Counted from the stretch's first letter, positions 1 to 11,897 are shown. The stretch is DNA of 64,000 bases from Patescibacteria group bacterium (GCA_024277435.1 JAJRVJ010000010.1:23663-87662); one strand, 5' to 3'. Numbers and translations are program-made. Notes: a model not told the origin generated them from the letters alone.

Positions 1-216
1 TGTGAGTCCATATTTGGTAGCCAAACCAGATTTATCCCAAATCAATCCAACACATCCCTCAGGGATAGCCACTGCGATACCAGTTGGAATTTTCACGCGC
101 TCACCTGGTGCAATATTAATATCAGCTACTGAATATAAATCCATGCCAGCATCATGTTCATGAGCGTAATCTGGAACGATTGCCTTAGGATGTAGTTTTT
201 TAATGAGAAGTTCCAT
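1..216 (-). CDS. dut: dUTP diphosphatase (dUTPase), 5' portion only; runs off window start
   Basis: Reverse-strand translation from ATG at 216 gives MELLIKKLHPKAIVPDYAHEHDAGMDLYSVADINIAPGERVKIPTGIAVAIPEGCVGLIWDKSGLATKYGLT, with the AG(L/M)DL and PTGxAI dUTPase motifs. Confidence 0.8.
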   Translation of the reverse strand, partial: MELLIKKLHPKAIVPDYAHEHDAGMDLYSVADINIAPGERVKIPTGIAVAIPEGCVGLIWDKSGLATKYGLT

Positions 217-838
217 GAAAAAGCGTGTCTAATAGTGAGTTAATATCTTGTTGTACTTCTGGCATTGTGCGATTAGCATCAAGTTGCACCCAGCATTCTT
301 GTTCACTAGCTAATTTTTGAAAATAGTTACGGACGGATGTGTGAAAGTCTAAGTCAAAATCATCAAAGTTCGTCATTTCATGACCCGGCTGTATCTGCTT
401 TCGGCCAACACCAACTTTAGGATCTACATCTAAATAAATAACCAAATCCGGCTCTAGTTGCTTGCGACTATATGCCTCCATTTGCATAATGAATTCTGGA
501 TTAGCTAAACCACGAGCACCAATTTGATACGCCAGTGTTGATCCAGTAAAGCGATCACATAGCACAGTTGTATTATCTTGTAGGGCTGGCTGTATTACCG
601 TTTCTACATGCTGAGCGCGATCAGCTAAAAATAAAAATAATTCTGCGGTAGGAACAGGAGTATGTGTTGTTGATAGAATTGTTTCACGAATAGTCCTACC
701 AAGCTGCGTACCCCCTGGTTCATGAGTAGTAATAATACCCATGTCTTGATTTTCCAAGTACTCTTGAGAAAATCGAACATGGTGTGTTTTACCACTACCT
801 TCCCCGCCTTCAAAAACTATAAATTTACCACGTGTCAT
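200..838 (-). CDS. tmk: thymidylate kinase (dTMP kinase)
   Basis: P-loop FIVFEGGEGSGKTH and a DRF/lid region. Start chosen at internal Met (MTRGKFIVFEGG); the ORF track extends to 904. Confidence 0.85.
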   Translation of the reverse strand: MTRGKFIVFEGGEGSGKTHHVRFSQEYLENQDMGIITTHEPGGTQLGRTIRETILSTTHTPVPTAELFLFLADRAQHVETVIQPALQDNTTVLCDRFTGSTLAYQIGARGLANPEFIMQMEAYSRKQLEPDLVIYLDVDPKVGVGRKQIQPGHEMTNFDDFDLDFHTSVRNYFQKLASEQECWVQLDANRTMPEVQQDINSLLDTLFHGTSH

Positions 839-857
839 ATGAGCTACTATATCAGAG

Positions 858-2642
858 TCATTGCCAACCAGCAATACGAGCCCCTCCTGTAAATTCTTGT
901 TCATAAATGCGAGTATTGAATAGGGTCTCGCTTTCTCCTACACTATCCAGACGATAGATTTTTACCCAAGCCTGACCATTACTAGCTTGACTAGCAACAA
1001 TTTCCATTTTTCCTTCATTATCATCCCATTGTGTAGTTGACACATCTACACTTCCTGTAAAATCTTCTCCAAATGGAAAAAATGATATACCCTTATTCTT
1101 CCCTCGACCTGAAAATATTTTTATCCTTCCTGTTTTTTTACTCTCTGTTCCAGTAATAATATCCGCTTTTTTATCCCCATCAATATCTGCGCTAGTTACA
1201 TTTACCCCTCCCTTATATCTTGCTTTGTAGGGCTTAAACCGCTTAAGTACATTCGAGCCATCCTCATTAATAACCGCTACACGAGTTTTTGTCCCCTTGC
1301 GCGTACCAACGATAACCTCATCTATTCCGTCATTATCAATATCGCCAGCTGTAACATCTAGGCCGGATCGTGGATTATCAGCAAATGGCTGCATAGACCA
1401 TAATTCTGTGCCATTACGTTTATATACCTTCACTGTGGCAACTTGGCGCTTACCAGAACCAACGATAATCTCATCTTTGCCATCACCAGTAACATCACCA
1501 GTAACAACTCGTATAGCACCCTTTCGAAATGGTTTAAAGGTATTCACTATAGTGCCTTCTGGGCCAAATATACGAACCCGAGAGGTTTTTTTTGATGAGC
1601 CTGTACCAACAATAATATTTGTTTCTCCATCACCAGTAACATCACCTACTGCCACGTCACCACTTTTATTCCAACTTGAACTAAATGGATAAAATGAATT
1701 TAATGCTGTAGCGCCGTATGACCACTGCGTTATAAACGCATCGCTCGCATTACCCTTGGCAGCAACAACAGCGGCTGAAGTGTAACGATCAGGATCTTTG
1801 ACAACCCGTTTTGTAATTTTTGTTTTGTTACCAAAATTATCGGTTGCCACAATTCGTAATTGCATATCTCCATCGGCATACTCGGAAAGCGGCACTACCA
1901 CTGAATATGATCCGTGAACAGATTCTGTACTCGCAAGGGTTGCCCAGGTATCACTACTGTTTTGGCGAGCTCGATATTTAACGGATTGTAATCCACTACC
2001 AATATCCCGAGGTTCTGACGTAATAATTGCAGTGCTACCAACAATTTGACCAGCTTCAAGATCCCAACCAATTGTTGGTGACCAGTTATCTGTTATTAAG
2101 TGGTTAGGTATGTATACTTCCGGATCGTACCATTCATTGGCTGTTTCAGGATCTATAACATGTCCATAGTATATCCAATCTGAGCTATACGGTGTTTTAT
2201 GAATACCGTAGTGAAGATGAGTGCCCCATCCACCATTTTCTGAAGGAGATCCCAGGTAACCAATTACATCCCCTGCTTTTACCGATTGTCCAACTACTAC
2301 CGTTGGATTACTTGGCCTCAAGTGTCCATATAACGATACATTCGCTGATTCACCATCTGGAAAATGTTCAATAAGAATAACTAATCCAAAACTTGTTCGC
2401 TCTTGCGCTTCACGAACAATTCCATCTGCACTTGCATACACTGGATCACCGGCATCCAAATCAAACCCTACGTCAACTCCCATATGGTAGTAACTCTCCC
2501 CTATCTCCTCTCCGTGGGTAGTAGAAACGTTCCAGGAATCTAACGGGTATATATAGTTAGTTTTAGCACTAGCTATTGCGGGAACACCAAAGAAAGTAAT
2601 GCATAGACTAAAAGATAGGCAATATCTCAGGATAGTTCGCAT
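858..2642 (-). CDS. secreted M23 family metallopeptidase fused to FG-GAP/beta-propeller repeats
   Basis: N-terminal signal peptide (MRTILRYCLSFSLCITFFGVPAIASA). M23 motifs HMGVDVG...D and GTHLHYGIH. At least 4 repeats of GDVTGDGxxEIIVG / GDIDNDGIDEVIVG / ADIDGDKKADIITG (FG-GAP-like). Confidence 0.75.
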   Translation of the reverse strand: MRTILRYCLSFSLCITFFGVPAIASAKTNYIYPLDSWNVSTTHGEEIGESYYHMGVDVGFDLDAGDPVYASADGIVREAQERTSFGLVILIEHFPDGESANVSLYGHLRPSNPTVVVGQSVKAGDVIGYLGSPSENGGWGTHLHYGIHKTPYSSDWIYYGHVIDPETANEWYDPEVYIPNHLITDNWSPTIGWDLEAGQIVGSTAIITSEPRDIGSGLQSVKYRARQNSSDTWATLASTESVHGSYSVVVPLSEYADGDMQLRIVATDNFGNKTKITKRVVKDPDRYTSAAVVAAKGNASDAFITQWSYGATALNSFYPFSSSWNKSGDVAVGDVTGDGETNIIVGTGSSKKTSRVRIFGPEGTIVNTFKPFRKGAIRVVTGDVTGDGKDEIIVGSGKRQVATVKVYKRNGTELWSMQPFADNPRSGLDVTAGDIDNDGIDEVIVGTRKGTKTRVAVINEDGSNVLKRFKPYKARYKGGVNVTSADIDGDKKADIITGTESKKTGRIKIFSGRGKNKGISFFPFGEDFTGSVDVSTTQWDDNEGKMEIVASQASNGQAWVKIYRLDSVGESETLFNTRIYEQEFTGGARIAGWQ

Positions 2643-2669
2643 ATCTTTAGTATATCACGTCGCGATCTA

Positions 2670-3203
2670 CTAAAGTAGCTCTTCTAATTTTGCATAAAAA
2701 TCCTCTAGTGAACTGTTGTTTTCTATTATATGACTCGCAATTTTAGATAGATCAACGATACCAGCTTCAGTTGCATCCGATTCTCGTCTTGAAAACTCAT
2801 TAAATGACATATTTACTTCATCAGCCTTCTCAACCCTGTCTTTAATCCTATTATATCGCTCCTCTAGAGACGCAGTGATATATACTAGTGTAAAATCTGG
2901 TAACGACCTCAGGACTTCATATTCAGCCATGTAACGCATGCCATCAACAATATGCAACTCGTTAAGGTTATTATTCTGTAAGTCTTTATAAAGCACCCGA
3001 GCGAGCATGTCGTCACCAAATACAGTCCTTAGTACCGTACCAATCTGCACTAGATTAGCACGGCTATTTTCCTGGTGTAGTCGCTTAAGGATATCTGTTA
3101 AAGGCGCTGAAAATCGATAACTTGAGGCCTTGTGTGCATGAACAAAATAATCAGCTGCAGTAGTTTTGCCAGCTAATTTTTCTCCTGTTAAAGCAATAAT
3201 CAT
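2670..3203 (-). CDS. P-loop NTPase, (d)NMP/nucleoside kinase-like
   Basis: Walker A MIIALTGEKLAGKTT at the N-terminus. 177 aa. Sits inside a dut-tmk-dCMP deaminase nucleotide cluster. Confidence 0.5.
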   Translation of the reverse strand: MIIALTGEKLAGKTTAADYFVHAHKASSYRFSAPLTDILKRLHQENSRANLVQIGTVLRTVFGDDMLARVLYKDLQNNNLNELHIVDGMRYMAEYEVLRSLPDFTLVYITASLEERYNRIKDRVEKADEVNMSFNEFSRRESDATEAGIVDLSKIASHIIENNSSLEDFYAKLEELL

Positions 3204-3649
3204 ACAATAACAGTTTCTTTATCATTTTCAATGATTGCAAATTCAACATTTGCCTCCTTAAACATATTGATAACCGAATCATCTCGATATAAATTTCGAG
3301 CCACAACTCGTTTAATGTGTGCATTCAGAATGATTTTTGTACAAATTTTACACGGACTATGAGTTGTATACAGTGTTGATCCAGAAGTGGGCGTACCATG
3401 AACAGCTGCTTGAATAATCGCATTCTGTTCAGCATGAGTTGTGCGGACACAATGATTATTTTCCATCATATGTCCAACCTCATCACAGTGACCCAATCCA
3501 TGTGGAGCACCATTATAACCAGTTGAAATAATATATTTATCCTTAACAAGTACAGCACCAATATGCGCGCGATCGCACGTAGCACGACGCGACACCACTT
3601 CTGCGATATCGAGAAAATATTTATCTAATTCCGGACGACCATTAGCCAT
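3200..3649 (-). CDS. dCMP deaminase (cytidine/deoxycytidylate deaminase family)
   Basis: Zinc-binding motifs HAEQNAI and SPCKICTK. RPELDKYFLDIAEVVSRRATC matches the dCMP deaminase N-terminus. Alternative upstream start at 3667. Confidence 0.85.
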   Translation of the reverse strand: MANGRPELDKYFLDIAEVVSRRATCDRAHIGAVLVKDKYIISTGYNGAPHGLGHCDEVGHMMENNHCVRTTHAEQNAIIQAAVHGTPTSGSTLYTTHSPCKICTKIILNAHIKRVVARNLYRDDSVINMFKEANVEFAIIENDKETVIV

Positions 3650-3656
3650 GCCGGTA

Positions 3657-4337
3657 TTATACCACAATACGTATACCTGGGCTCATTGATGAGCAAATTA
3701 CAGCACTTATAATAAATTTGCCCTTAGACGTAGATGGCTTAACCTTACGAATAGCTTCTAAAGCAACGATGATATTATTTTGTAGCTGTTCCGAAGTAAA
3801 TGATACTTTACCGACACCCATATGAATATTGGCTGTGCTATCATTCTTAAAATTTACCTTACCCTTCTTTAAGCTCTCAACCATTTCTCTTATATTGGGT
3901 CCAATAGTTTCAGTTTTTGGATTTGGCATTAAGCCCTTTTGCCCCAATGTTCTTGCGATAGGCCCTAGTGATTTCATCATATTAGGTGTAGCAACGGCAA
4001 CATCGAAATTTACCTTACCAGTTTTTTTAATCTCATCAATCACCTCTTGTGTACCAATAATATCTGCGCCGGCTTCTTTAGCTTCTGCCTCTTTAGCGGG
4101 ACCAACAAATGCGATTACCCGGATAGTTTTTCCGCTACCATGCGGTAGATTCACTACTCCGCGAACGATTTGATCTGATTTTGATGCATCAATTCCTAAA
4201 CGAATATGTAACTCAACGCTACCATCAAATTTAGTTGGAGATTCCTGTAGTAGCGCAAGCGCCTCTGTTAACGGATATACTTTATCCGCATCAATCTTGC
4301 TTTTTAATTCTGTATAACGCTTTGAACGTTTAGCCAT
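3657..4337 (-). CDS. rplA: 50S ribosomal protein L1
   Basis: MAKRSKRYTELKSKIDADKVYPLTEALALL... is a typical L1. Conserved rplK-rplA order. Confidence 0.93.
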   Translation of the reverse strand: MAKRSKRYTELKSKIDADKVYPLTEALALLQESPTKFDGSVELHIRLGIDASKSDQIVRGVVNLPHGSGKTIRVIAFVGPAKEAEAKEAGADIIGTQEVIDEIKKTGKVNFDVAVATPNMMKSLGPIARTLGQKGLMPNPKTETIGPNIREMVESLKKGKVNFKNDSTANIHMGVGKVSFTSEQLQNNIIVALEAIRKVKPSTSKGKFIISAVICSSMSPGIRIVV

Positions 4338-4405
4338 ATATTTATTTCGTTACGTGGTACTAACAAAGTGTCGACAACACCTCTTCCACATGACAAGTAA
4401 TTTAA

Positions 4406-4831
4406 TTATTCTTGAATGATAACACCCATTTGACGCGCGGTACCCTCGATAATTTTCATTGCGGCATCGATATCATTCGCATTAAGGTCGGGCATTTTTG
4501 TTTCAGCAATTTCACGTACTTGATCTCGAGTTAGCTTACCAACTTTATCGGTTTGTGGCTTACCGGATCCTTTCTTGATATTCGCAGCCTTCTTGATAAG
4601 TTCAGCTGCAGGTGGCGTTTTTACGATAAAATCGAATGATCGATCTTCATACACACTAATAACAACAGGAAGGATATTACCACGCTGATCCGCAGTTTTC
4701 GCATTGAAAGCGCTGCAGAAATCTTGAATGTTTAATCCATGCTGTCCGAGAGCTGGACCAACTGGAGGAGCGGGATTAGCCGCACCAGCTGGAATTTGCA
4801 ATTTAATAGTTGTTTTAAGAGTTTTAGCCAT
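4406..4831 (-). CDS. rplK: 50S ribosomal protein L11
   Basis: [30 protein letters not shown] is the L11 signature. Confidence 0.95.
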   Translation of the reverse strand: MAKTLKTTIKLQIPAGAANPAPPVGPALGQHGLNIQDFCSAFNAKTADQRGNILPVVISVYEDRSFDFIVKTPPAAELIKKAANIKKGSGKPQTDKVGKLTRDQVREIAETKMPDLNANDIDAAMKIIEGTARQMGVIIQE

Positions 4832-4837
4832 AGTATT

Positions 4838-5383
4838 TTATGATTTTTTAATCTGTAACGGATCTAGCTCAACTGGAGTTTCACGTCCAAACATTGATAC
4901 CATCACCTTAACTTTTCCACGAACTTCATCAACATCTGATACCTTACCTTCCATATCTTTAAATGGACCATCGATAATGCGGATGGAATCTCCAATGCCG
5001 AAATCCATATTCATGGTTGGTTGCTCGATACCCATGCGTCGTTTCAGTTCTTTTACTTCAGCTTCTGAAATTGGGGTTGGTGTGGTACCAGATCCAACGA
5101 AACCAGTAACATTTGGAGTGTTTCGAACAACGTACCAAGAGTCATCTGTAACGATCATTTCAACGAGCACATATCCTGGAAATATTTTTTCGGTAACAAC
5201 TTTACGCTTACCATTCTTAATCTTAATCTTCTTCTCAGTTGGAACTAATACATTGTAAATTTTATCCTCCATATCCATCGATTCTACACGTTGGCGGAGA
5301 TTATCAGATACATTTTCTTCGTAACCTGAGTAGGTATGTAATACATACCAACGTCTACCTTGTCCGGCGGTTTGCTTTGGCAT
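4838..5383 (-). CDS. nusG: transcription termination/antitermination factor NusG
   Basis: WYVLHTYSGYEENV NGN domain and a C-terminal KOW motif (GDSIRIIDGPFKDMEGKV). secE-nusG-rplKA synteny. Confidence 0.92.
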   Translation of the reverse strand: MPKQTAGQGRRWYVLHTYSGYEENVSDNLRQRVESMDMEDKIYNVLVPTEKKIKIKNGKRKVVTEKIFPGYVLVEMIVTDDSWYVVRNTPNVTGFVGSGTTPTPISEAEVKELKRRMGIEQPTMNMDFGIGDSIRIIDGPFKDMEGKVSDVDEVRGKVKVMVSMFGRETPVELDPLQIKKS

Positions 5384-5391
5384 ACTGTTTC

Positions 5392-5709
5392 TTAATTAAG
5401 CGTTTTTAAATCAATAAGATAATTCAATCCTTCATTGAATCCATAATCTAATATTCCTAGAAAGGCTGCTACAAAAATGCTGAAGGCGATAACAACTAAT
5501 GTGCTACGAATAGCCTCATCTCGAGTAGGCCAAGTTACCTTTTTAAACTCTTTGTAAGCATTTTGTGTATAGCGTATTAACGAAAACTTTTCATCATTAG
5601 CCACTTCCTTCGCTGGACCATCGACCTTCTTTGGATTATCTTCCTGCTTTTGAAGTTTACGCTGAAAACGTTCCGCAACTTGCTCGTCTGACTGTTGCTC
5701 TTTTGCCAT
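5392..5709 (-). CDS. secE: preprotein translocase subunit SecE
   Basis: EFKKVTWPTRDEAIRSTLVVIAFSIFVAAFLGILD with one C-terminal TM. Position upstream of nusG. Confidence 0.88.
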   Translation of the reverse strand: MAKEQQSDEQVAERFQRKLQKQEDNPKKVDGPAKEVANDEKFSLIRYTQNAYKEFKKVTWPTRDEAIRSTLVVIAFSIFVAAFLGILDYGFNEGLNYLIDLKTLN

Positions 5710-5730
5710 TAGTTCCTTTGTAATTATTGG

Positions 5731-5760
5731 ATTTTAAAATGGCCTTTTGGGGGCCATCAG
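5731..5760 (-). terminator. rho-independent terminator downstream of the CarS-like gene
   Basis: On the minus strand, stem ATGGCC / GGCCAT (5739-5744 and 5752-5757) with a 7-nt loop, followed by TTTT. Not followed by a T-run on the plus strand. Confidence 0.6.
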
Positions 5761-5802
5761 TTAAGAATTGTACAGAATTATTAAAAATCCGTCAAATCTA
5801 CT

Positions 5803-6353
5803 CTACCAAGGCGTATCTTTATACCCTATACTATAGCCAATTCTATTTACAGCAATATGAAGAAAAATAGCTGATATTAGTACTGTTAACCAAGTTATCC
5901 AATCTACATGAACAAATAACGCAATAAATAGCGTTGCTCCTATCACAAAATCTAATTGATCAAATGGAACCCAAGCGGCTCCGGGCTTAATACCAACACG
6001 GCGCTTAAAAAAACTCTTTACAAGATCTCCTGTAAGCGCACCAAATCCCAATAATGCACCAAACCACCAAGGAAAATTAGTATAATCAAACGCCGACCAT
6101 TCATTGAACATGGGATTAATAATGGCTAAATATTTTTGAAATGCAAAAAAGATTGCTCCAAATACTATTCCTGCAATAAAACCACGCCAAGTCTTATGAT
6201 CACCAAATATACGATGCGCACCAAGTTTTCTCCCTCCATCAATAGGAGTAGCTAATGATGAAAAGTTATCCTTTATCATTACCGGCGCCATATTTGCAAT
6301 GCCAACTGGCAAATAAAACCACACTAACTTGCCTACCCAGGCAAAAAACTCCA

Positions 6354-6354
<1 letters not shown>
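5803..6354 (-). CDS. CTP-transferase family membrane protein, CDP-archaeol synthase (CarS)/CdsA-like
   Basis: 183 aa polytopic membrane protein. GDHKTWRGF resembles the CdsA KTWEG signature. C-terminal FKRRVGIKPG...PFDQLDFVIG resembles the CarS/DUF46 motif. Confidence 0.6.
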
Positions 6355-8450
<2,096 letters not shown>

Positions 8451-8467
8451 TCAGGTTTTTTTCAAGC

Positions 8468-10846
8468 TTAATAACGGTGTTTAGCATTATATTGCTTACG
8501 TAATTCTTTTACGATATTTTCACGAATCTGCTCAGCCTCTTTCATTTCTAGCGTACGATTATCAGCTGCGAGTACAAAACGTATACCTAGGGACTTATGA
8601 TTATCTGCTACTTTATCGCCAGTGTATACATCAAAAATTTCGGTATTTTGCAATAAGTCTTTAGATTTATCCTGGATAACTGATTGAATTTGTTTCCATG
8701 TAACAGCATTTTCTACTTCTATGGAAATATCTAAATCAAGCGATGGATAAGCATTAATTTTTTGATACTCTGTCACCGAAGTCATGAGCTCTGAGAATCG
8801 AGGTAAATGAATTTCTGCGTAGGCCAAGTGTTTTTCTATTCCAAATTTTTTGGCAACACGAGAAGAAATCACCCCCATTGTGATGAGATGCTTTTTACTT
8901 GCAACATATCTCACATCAGTAAGTGGATCGAATAGCATGAATGGCGCATTTGCGCTTTCCTCACGCTCGGTTATGATACGTAATTTTGCGTTAATGTTAG
9001 CCTGCGCTAATAATGATTCCACAACACCCTTTAACCTGTAGAATACCGATTCATCATCACCTGTCATAGCAATTCCAACTACTGGGAATTCATTTTCATC
9101 AAAGTACACATGCCCGTATTCAGATAATAACAGTTCTTCCTGATGATTATCTAGATTGCGACGTGCGACTTGAAGTATATTTACCAATAATGTCTGCCGT
9201 AAATATTGTTGCTGTGGATTCATTGGATTCAGAATTTCAATATGCCCATCTACTTCTAATCCAGCATTATTAATATCTTGCTCACTATAAAACGAGTAAT
9301 TGTATGTTTCCATAGCACCCAAGCCTGCGAGCCAGTGAATTAACTTCTGACCGGTATGAAAATCGCTTTGTTTAAATGGAGGTTCCAATGTACCTAATAA
9401 TGGCTGTGGCGCTACTTTGTCATAGCCATACATGCGAGCCACTTCTTCTACAATATCTTGATGATTATGAATATCGGTGCGCCACAATGGAACAGTTACC
9501 TCTATCATACTATCATCTTTTTCTACTACTTTAAATCCTAAACCAACTAACCAGCGATGCGTATCTTCTACAGGAACATCAACTCCGATTAATCTATTAA
9601 TGTAATCTAAATCAACTACTACAACAGTTTTTTCCGGCTCAGCCTCTCCAACGTCAATAACTTCAGATGAAATAGTTGCTCCAGCATATTTTTGAAGTAA
9701 ATCTACTGCTCTCCAAAATCCCACTGTAGACATCGATCTACCTAAACCTTTTTCATGTCGTGTACTACCATCGGTGCGAGCAGCAGCGGTTTGCGCAGTT
9801 GTGCGTATAGTTACACCATCAAATTGCGCTGATTCAAGAATAATACTTGTTGTCCTGTCATTCACTTCTGTTTCCGTTCCACCCATTATTCCAGCTAAAG
9901 CTGTTGCCCGCTTAGAATCTGCAATCACCAACATTGATTCCTCTAATTTGCGATCCTTGCCATCAAGTGTTTTTAGAGCCTCGCCCTTCTTAGCTCTTCG
10001 AACATTAATTTCTTTACCATCTACCTTGTCGTAATCGAATGCATGCAATGGTTGGCCGAATTCATACATTACATAATTCGTGATATCCACAACATTATTT
10101 ATCACCTTTACACCAACGGCAACTAAGCGTTCTTGCATCCAATCTGGTGATGGGCCAATTATAATGTTATTCAACACAGCGCCTAAATAGCGATGACAGC
10201 CTTCAGGATCTTTAATGTTAATAGATAACTCATCTTTTCCAAATTGTTCTGCGAATTGTGTAAAATCTGGGATGGTAAGAGGTGTGTTTAGTACTACACT
10301 TAATTCGCGAGCAAATCCGATATGATTAAATAAATCGCTACGATGTGTAAGTGTTTTATTATCAATATCAATGATTACATCATTTAAATTAAGGGCTTCA
10401 CTTACAGGAGTGCCGTTTGCAGGATCATCCTTGGTAAAGAGATGTATTTCTTCGGCACCATTTAGTATATTAATTTCAGAATTCAAGCAGCACATACCTT
10501 GTGATAATTCACCACGTAATTTCCGCTTTTCAATGGTAATATCTCCAATTTTGGCACCCGGTAACGCAACTGGTAGGCGATCACCAGGATTAAGAATAGC
10601 CTTACCTCCAAATACAATCTGGCGCGGCTCATCTTCGCCTACATCAAATTTACCAATGTTTAAATTATCAGCGTCAGGATGTTTTTTAGCTTCTAGAACT
10701 TCTCCGATAACAATATGTTGCAAGTGTTTTGCTTGCTCATCAATTTCTTCTACTTCTGCAATATGCAAAGTAATGAGATTTGCTAATGTTTGCGGATCCT
10801 CTTTAATATCAATGTATTCTTTGAGCCAATTTAACGATAACTTCAT
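8468..10846 (-). CDS. pheT: phenylalanine--tRNA ligase beta subunit
   Basis: N-terminus MKLSLNWLKEYIDI, B3/4 and B5 domains, about 790 aa. Start moved to the internal ATG at 10846, which lies 10 nt after the reconstructed pheS stop. Confidence 0.9.
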   Translation of the reverse strand: MKLSLNWLKEYIDIKEDPQTLANLITLHIAEVEEIDEQAKHLQHIVIGEVLEAKKHPDADNLNIGKFDVGEDEPRQIVFGGKAILNPGDRLPVALPGAKIGDITIEKRKLRGELSQGMCCLNSEINILNGAEEIHLFTKDDPANGTPVSEALNLNDVIIDIDNKTLTHRSDLFNHIGFARELSVVLNTPLTIPDFTQFAEQFGKDELSINIKDPEGCHRYLGAVLNNIIIGPSPDWMQERLVAVGVKVINNVVDITNYVMYEFGQPLHAFDYDKVDGKEINVRRAKKGEALKTLDGKDRKLEESMLVIADSKRATALAGIMGGTETEVNDRTTSIILESAQFDGVTIRTTAQTAAARTDGSTRHEKGLGRSMSTVGFWRAVDLLQKYAGATISSEVIDVGEAEPEKTVVVVDLDYINRLIGVDVPVEDTHRWLVGLGFKVVEKDDSMIEVTVPLWRTDIHNHQDIVEEVARMYGYDKVAPQPLLGTLEPPFKQSDFHTGQKLIHWLAGLGAMETYNYSFYSEQDINNAGLEVDGHIEILNPMNPQQQYLRQTLLVNILQVARRNLDNHQEELLLSEYGHVYFDENEFPVVGIAMTGDDESVFYRLKGVVESLLAQANINAKLRIITEREESANAPFMLFDPLTDVRYVASKKHLITMGVISSRVAKKFGIEKHLAYAEIHLPRFSELMTSVTEYQKINAYPSLDLDISIEVENAVTWKQIQSVIQDKSKDLLQNTEIFDVYTGDKVADNHKSLGIRFVLAADNRTLEMKEAEQIRENIVKELRKQYNAKHRY

Positions 10847-10856
10847 ATATGTATTA

Positions 10857-11897
10857 CTAGAATTGCTTATTAAATCTACTATCCCCCGCCATGAACAAAC
10901 GAATGTCATCAATTCCGTACTTCATCATTGCGAGACGATTAATTCCCATGCCAAAGGCAAAGCCTGTGTATTTTCCTGGCTCATATCCAGCGGATTCAAA
11001 TACTTTTGGATGAATCATTCCACAACCTAGCATTTCTACCCAGCCAGTATTTTTACATACAGAGCACCCTTTTCCATCACAATTTACACATGAACAATCC
11101 GCCTCAAATCACGGCTCAACATACGGAAAATAACCTGGTCGCAAGCGAATTTGTACTTCACGTTGCAGTATTTGCGACATTGATTTCTTTAATACATACG
11201 TAAGATTGGCAACAGAAATATTATCTCCAACTACAAATCCTTCTAACTGGTAAAATGTATGGTCATGTGATGCGTCGGTAGATTCGTTCCGGAATACTCT
11301 ACCAGGAACAATTACACGGAGCGGTGGTGTGAATTTTTCCATCATACGTACCTGCATATTGGAGGTATGCGTACGCAGCACCTGCTTTTTACCATCCTTA
11401 CTATCCTCTTTAACATAAAATGTATCTTGCAAATCACGCGCTGGATGTGTAGGTGGAATATTTAAAAATTCAAAACAGTAATCATCAGTTTCTAATTCAT
11501 TACCTTCCATCACGGTAAATCCCATTGAATAGAAAATATCGATAAGTTCTTCTTGCACCTGTCGCAGTGGATGAATATAGCCACGCTGAGCTGATGTGCC
11601 TGGTAGCGTAGCATCAAAAGAACCTAGCTGATCCTTACCTTCGCTTCGTTTTTTAATTTCATCACTAAGGCGTTTCTGAATGTCTGATTTTACTGTATTA
11701 GCCAACTGACCAATGGTACGCTTTTCTTGCTTATCAGAAATATCCTTCAAACTTTTCAATGCTGCAGTTAATTTCCCATTTTTTCTACCTAAATATGTAT
11801 CTTTTAAGGCTTGTAACTGCTCTTTTGAAGATACATTCGCTAAATCGCTAGTGAAATTAGCTTGAATATCCTTAAGTTGTTGTTGTAAATCACTCAT
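10857..11897 (-). CDS. pheS: phenylalanine--tRNA ligase alpha subunit, interrupted by an in-frame TGA at 11109-11111
   Basis: The ORF-track piece 11109..11897 ends ...[12 protein letters not shown] at TGA. The same frame continues [83 protein letters not shown] to a TAG at 10857-10859. That reproduces the conserved PheS C-terminus; compare E. coli FPFTEPSAEVDV...LGCGMVHP...GFAFGMGMERL...NDLRFLKQF. Confidence 0.85.

Noticed and set aside
1297-1692. Plus-strand ORFs at 1297..1692 and 2192..2374 antisense to the M23/FG-GAP gene, and similar antisense ORFs at 3829..4173, 4728..5258, 7475..7762, 13531..15392, 18973..19311, 20499..20971, 30276..30913, 36213..37010, 45257..45661, 52034..54704.
   Set aside because: All are embedded opposite strongly supported conserved genes and have skewed low-complexity composition. 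They are typical shadow ORFs.
5710-5802. tRNA gene (e.g. tRNA-Trp), as is common between secE and upstream genes.
   Set aside because: There is no cloverleaf-compatible sequence and no GTTCGAATC/GTTCAAATC T-loop motif. The region instead contains a simple terminator hairpin. No tRNA-like T-loop motifs were found elsewhere in the window either.
8468-10912. The longer pheT start (at 10912) given in the ORF track.
   Set aside because: The extra 22 N-terminal residues ([22 protein letters not shown]) are not PheT-like. They would also overlap the reconstructed pheS C-terminus. The canonical MKLSLNWLKEY start at 10846 fits better.
10371-11030. 219-aa plus-strand ORF.
   Set aside because: It lies entirely antisense to pheT/pheS and has low-complexity Ser/Ile-rich composition. 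It is a shadow ORF of the well-supported minus-strand genes.
10857-11897. Genome-wide UGA reassignment (code 25 Gly or code 4 Trp), or selenocysteine, as the explanation for the TGA in pheS.
   Set aside because: About 60 other long ORFs in 64 kb, including ones of 800-1180 aa, are uninterrupted by TGA. No SECIS-like hairpin or sel genes are evident. PheS is not a selenoprotein. Local readthrough or a sequencing error is more parsimonious.
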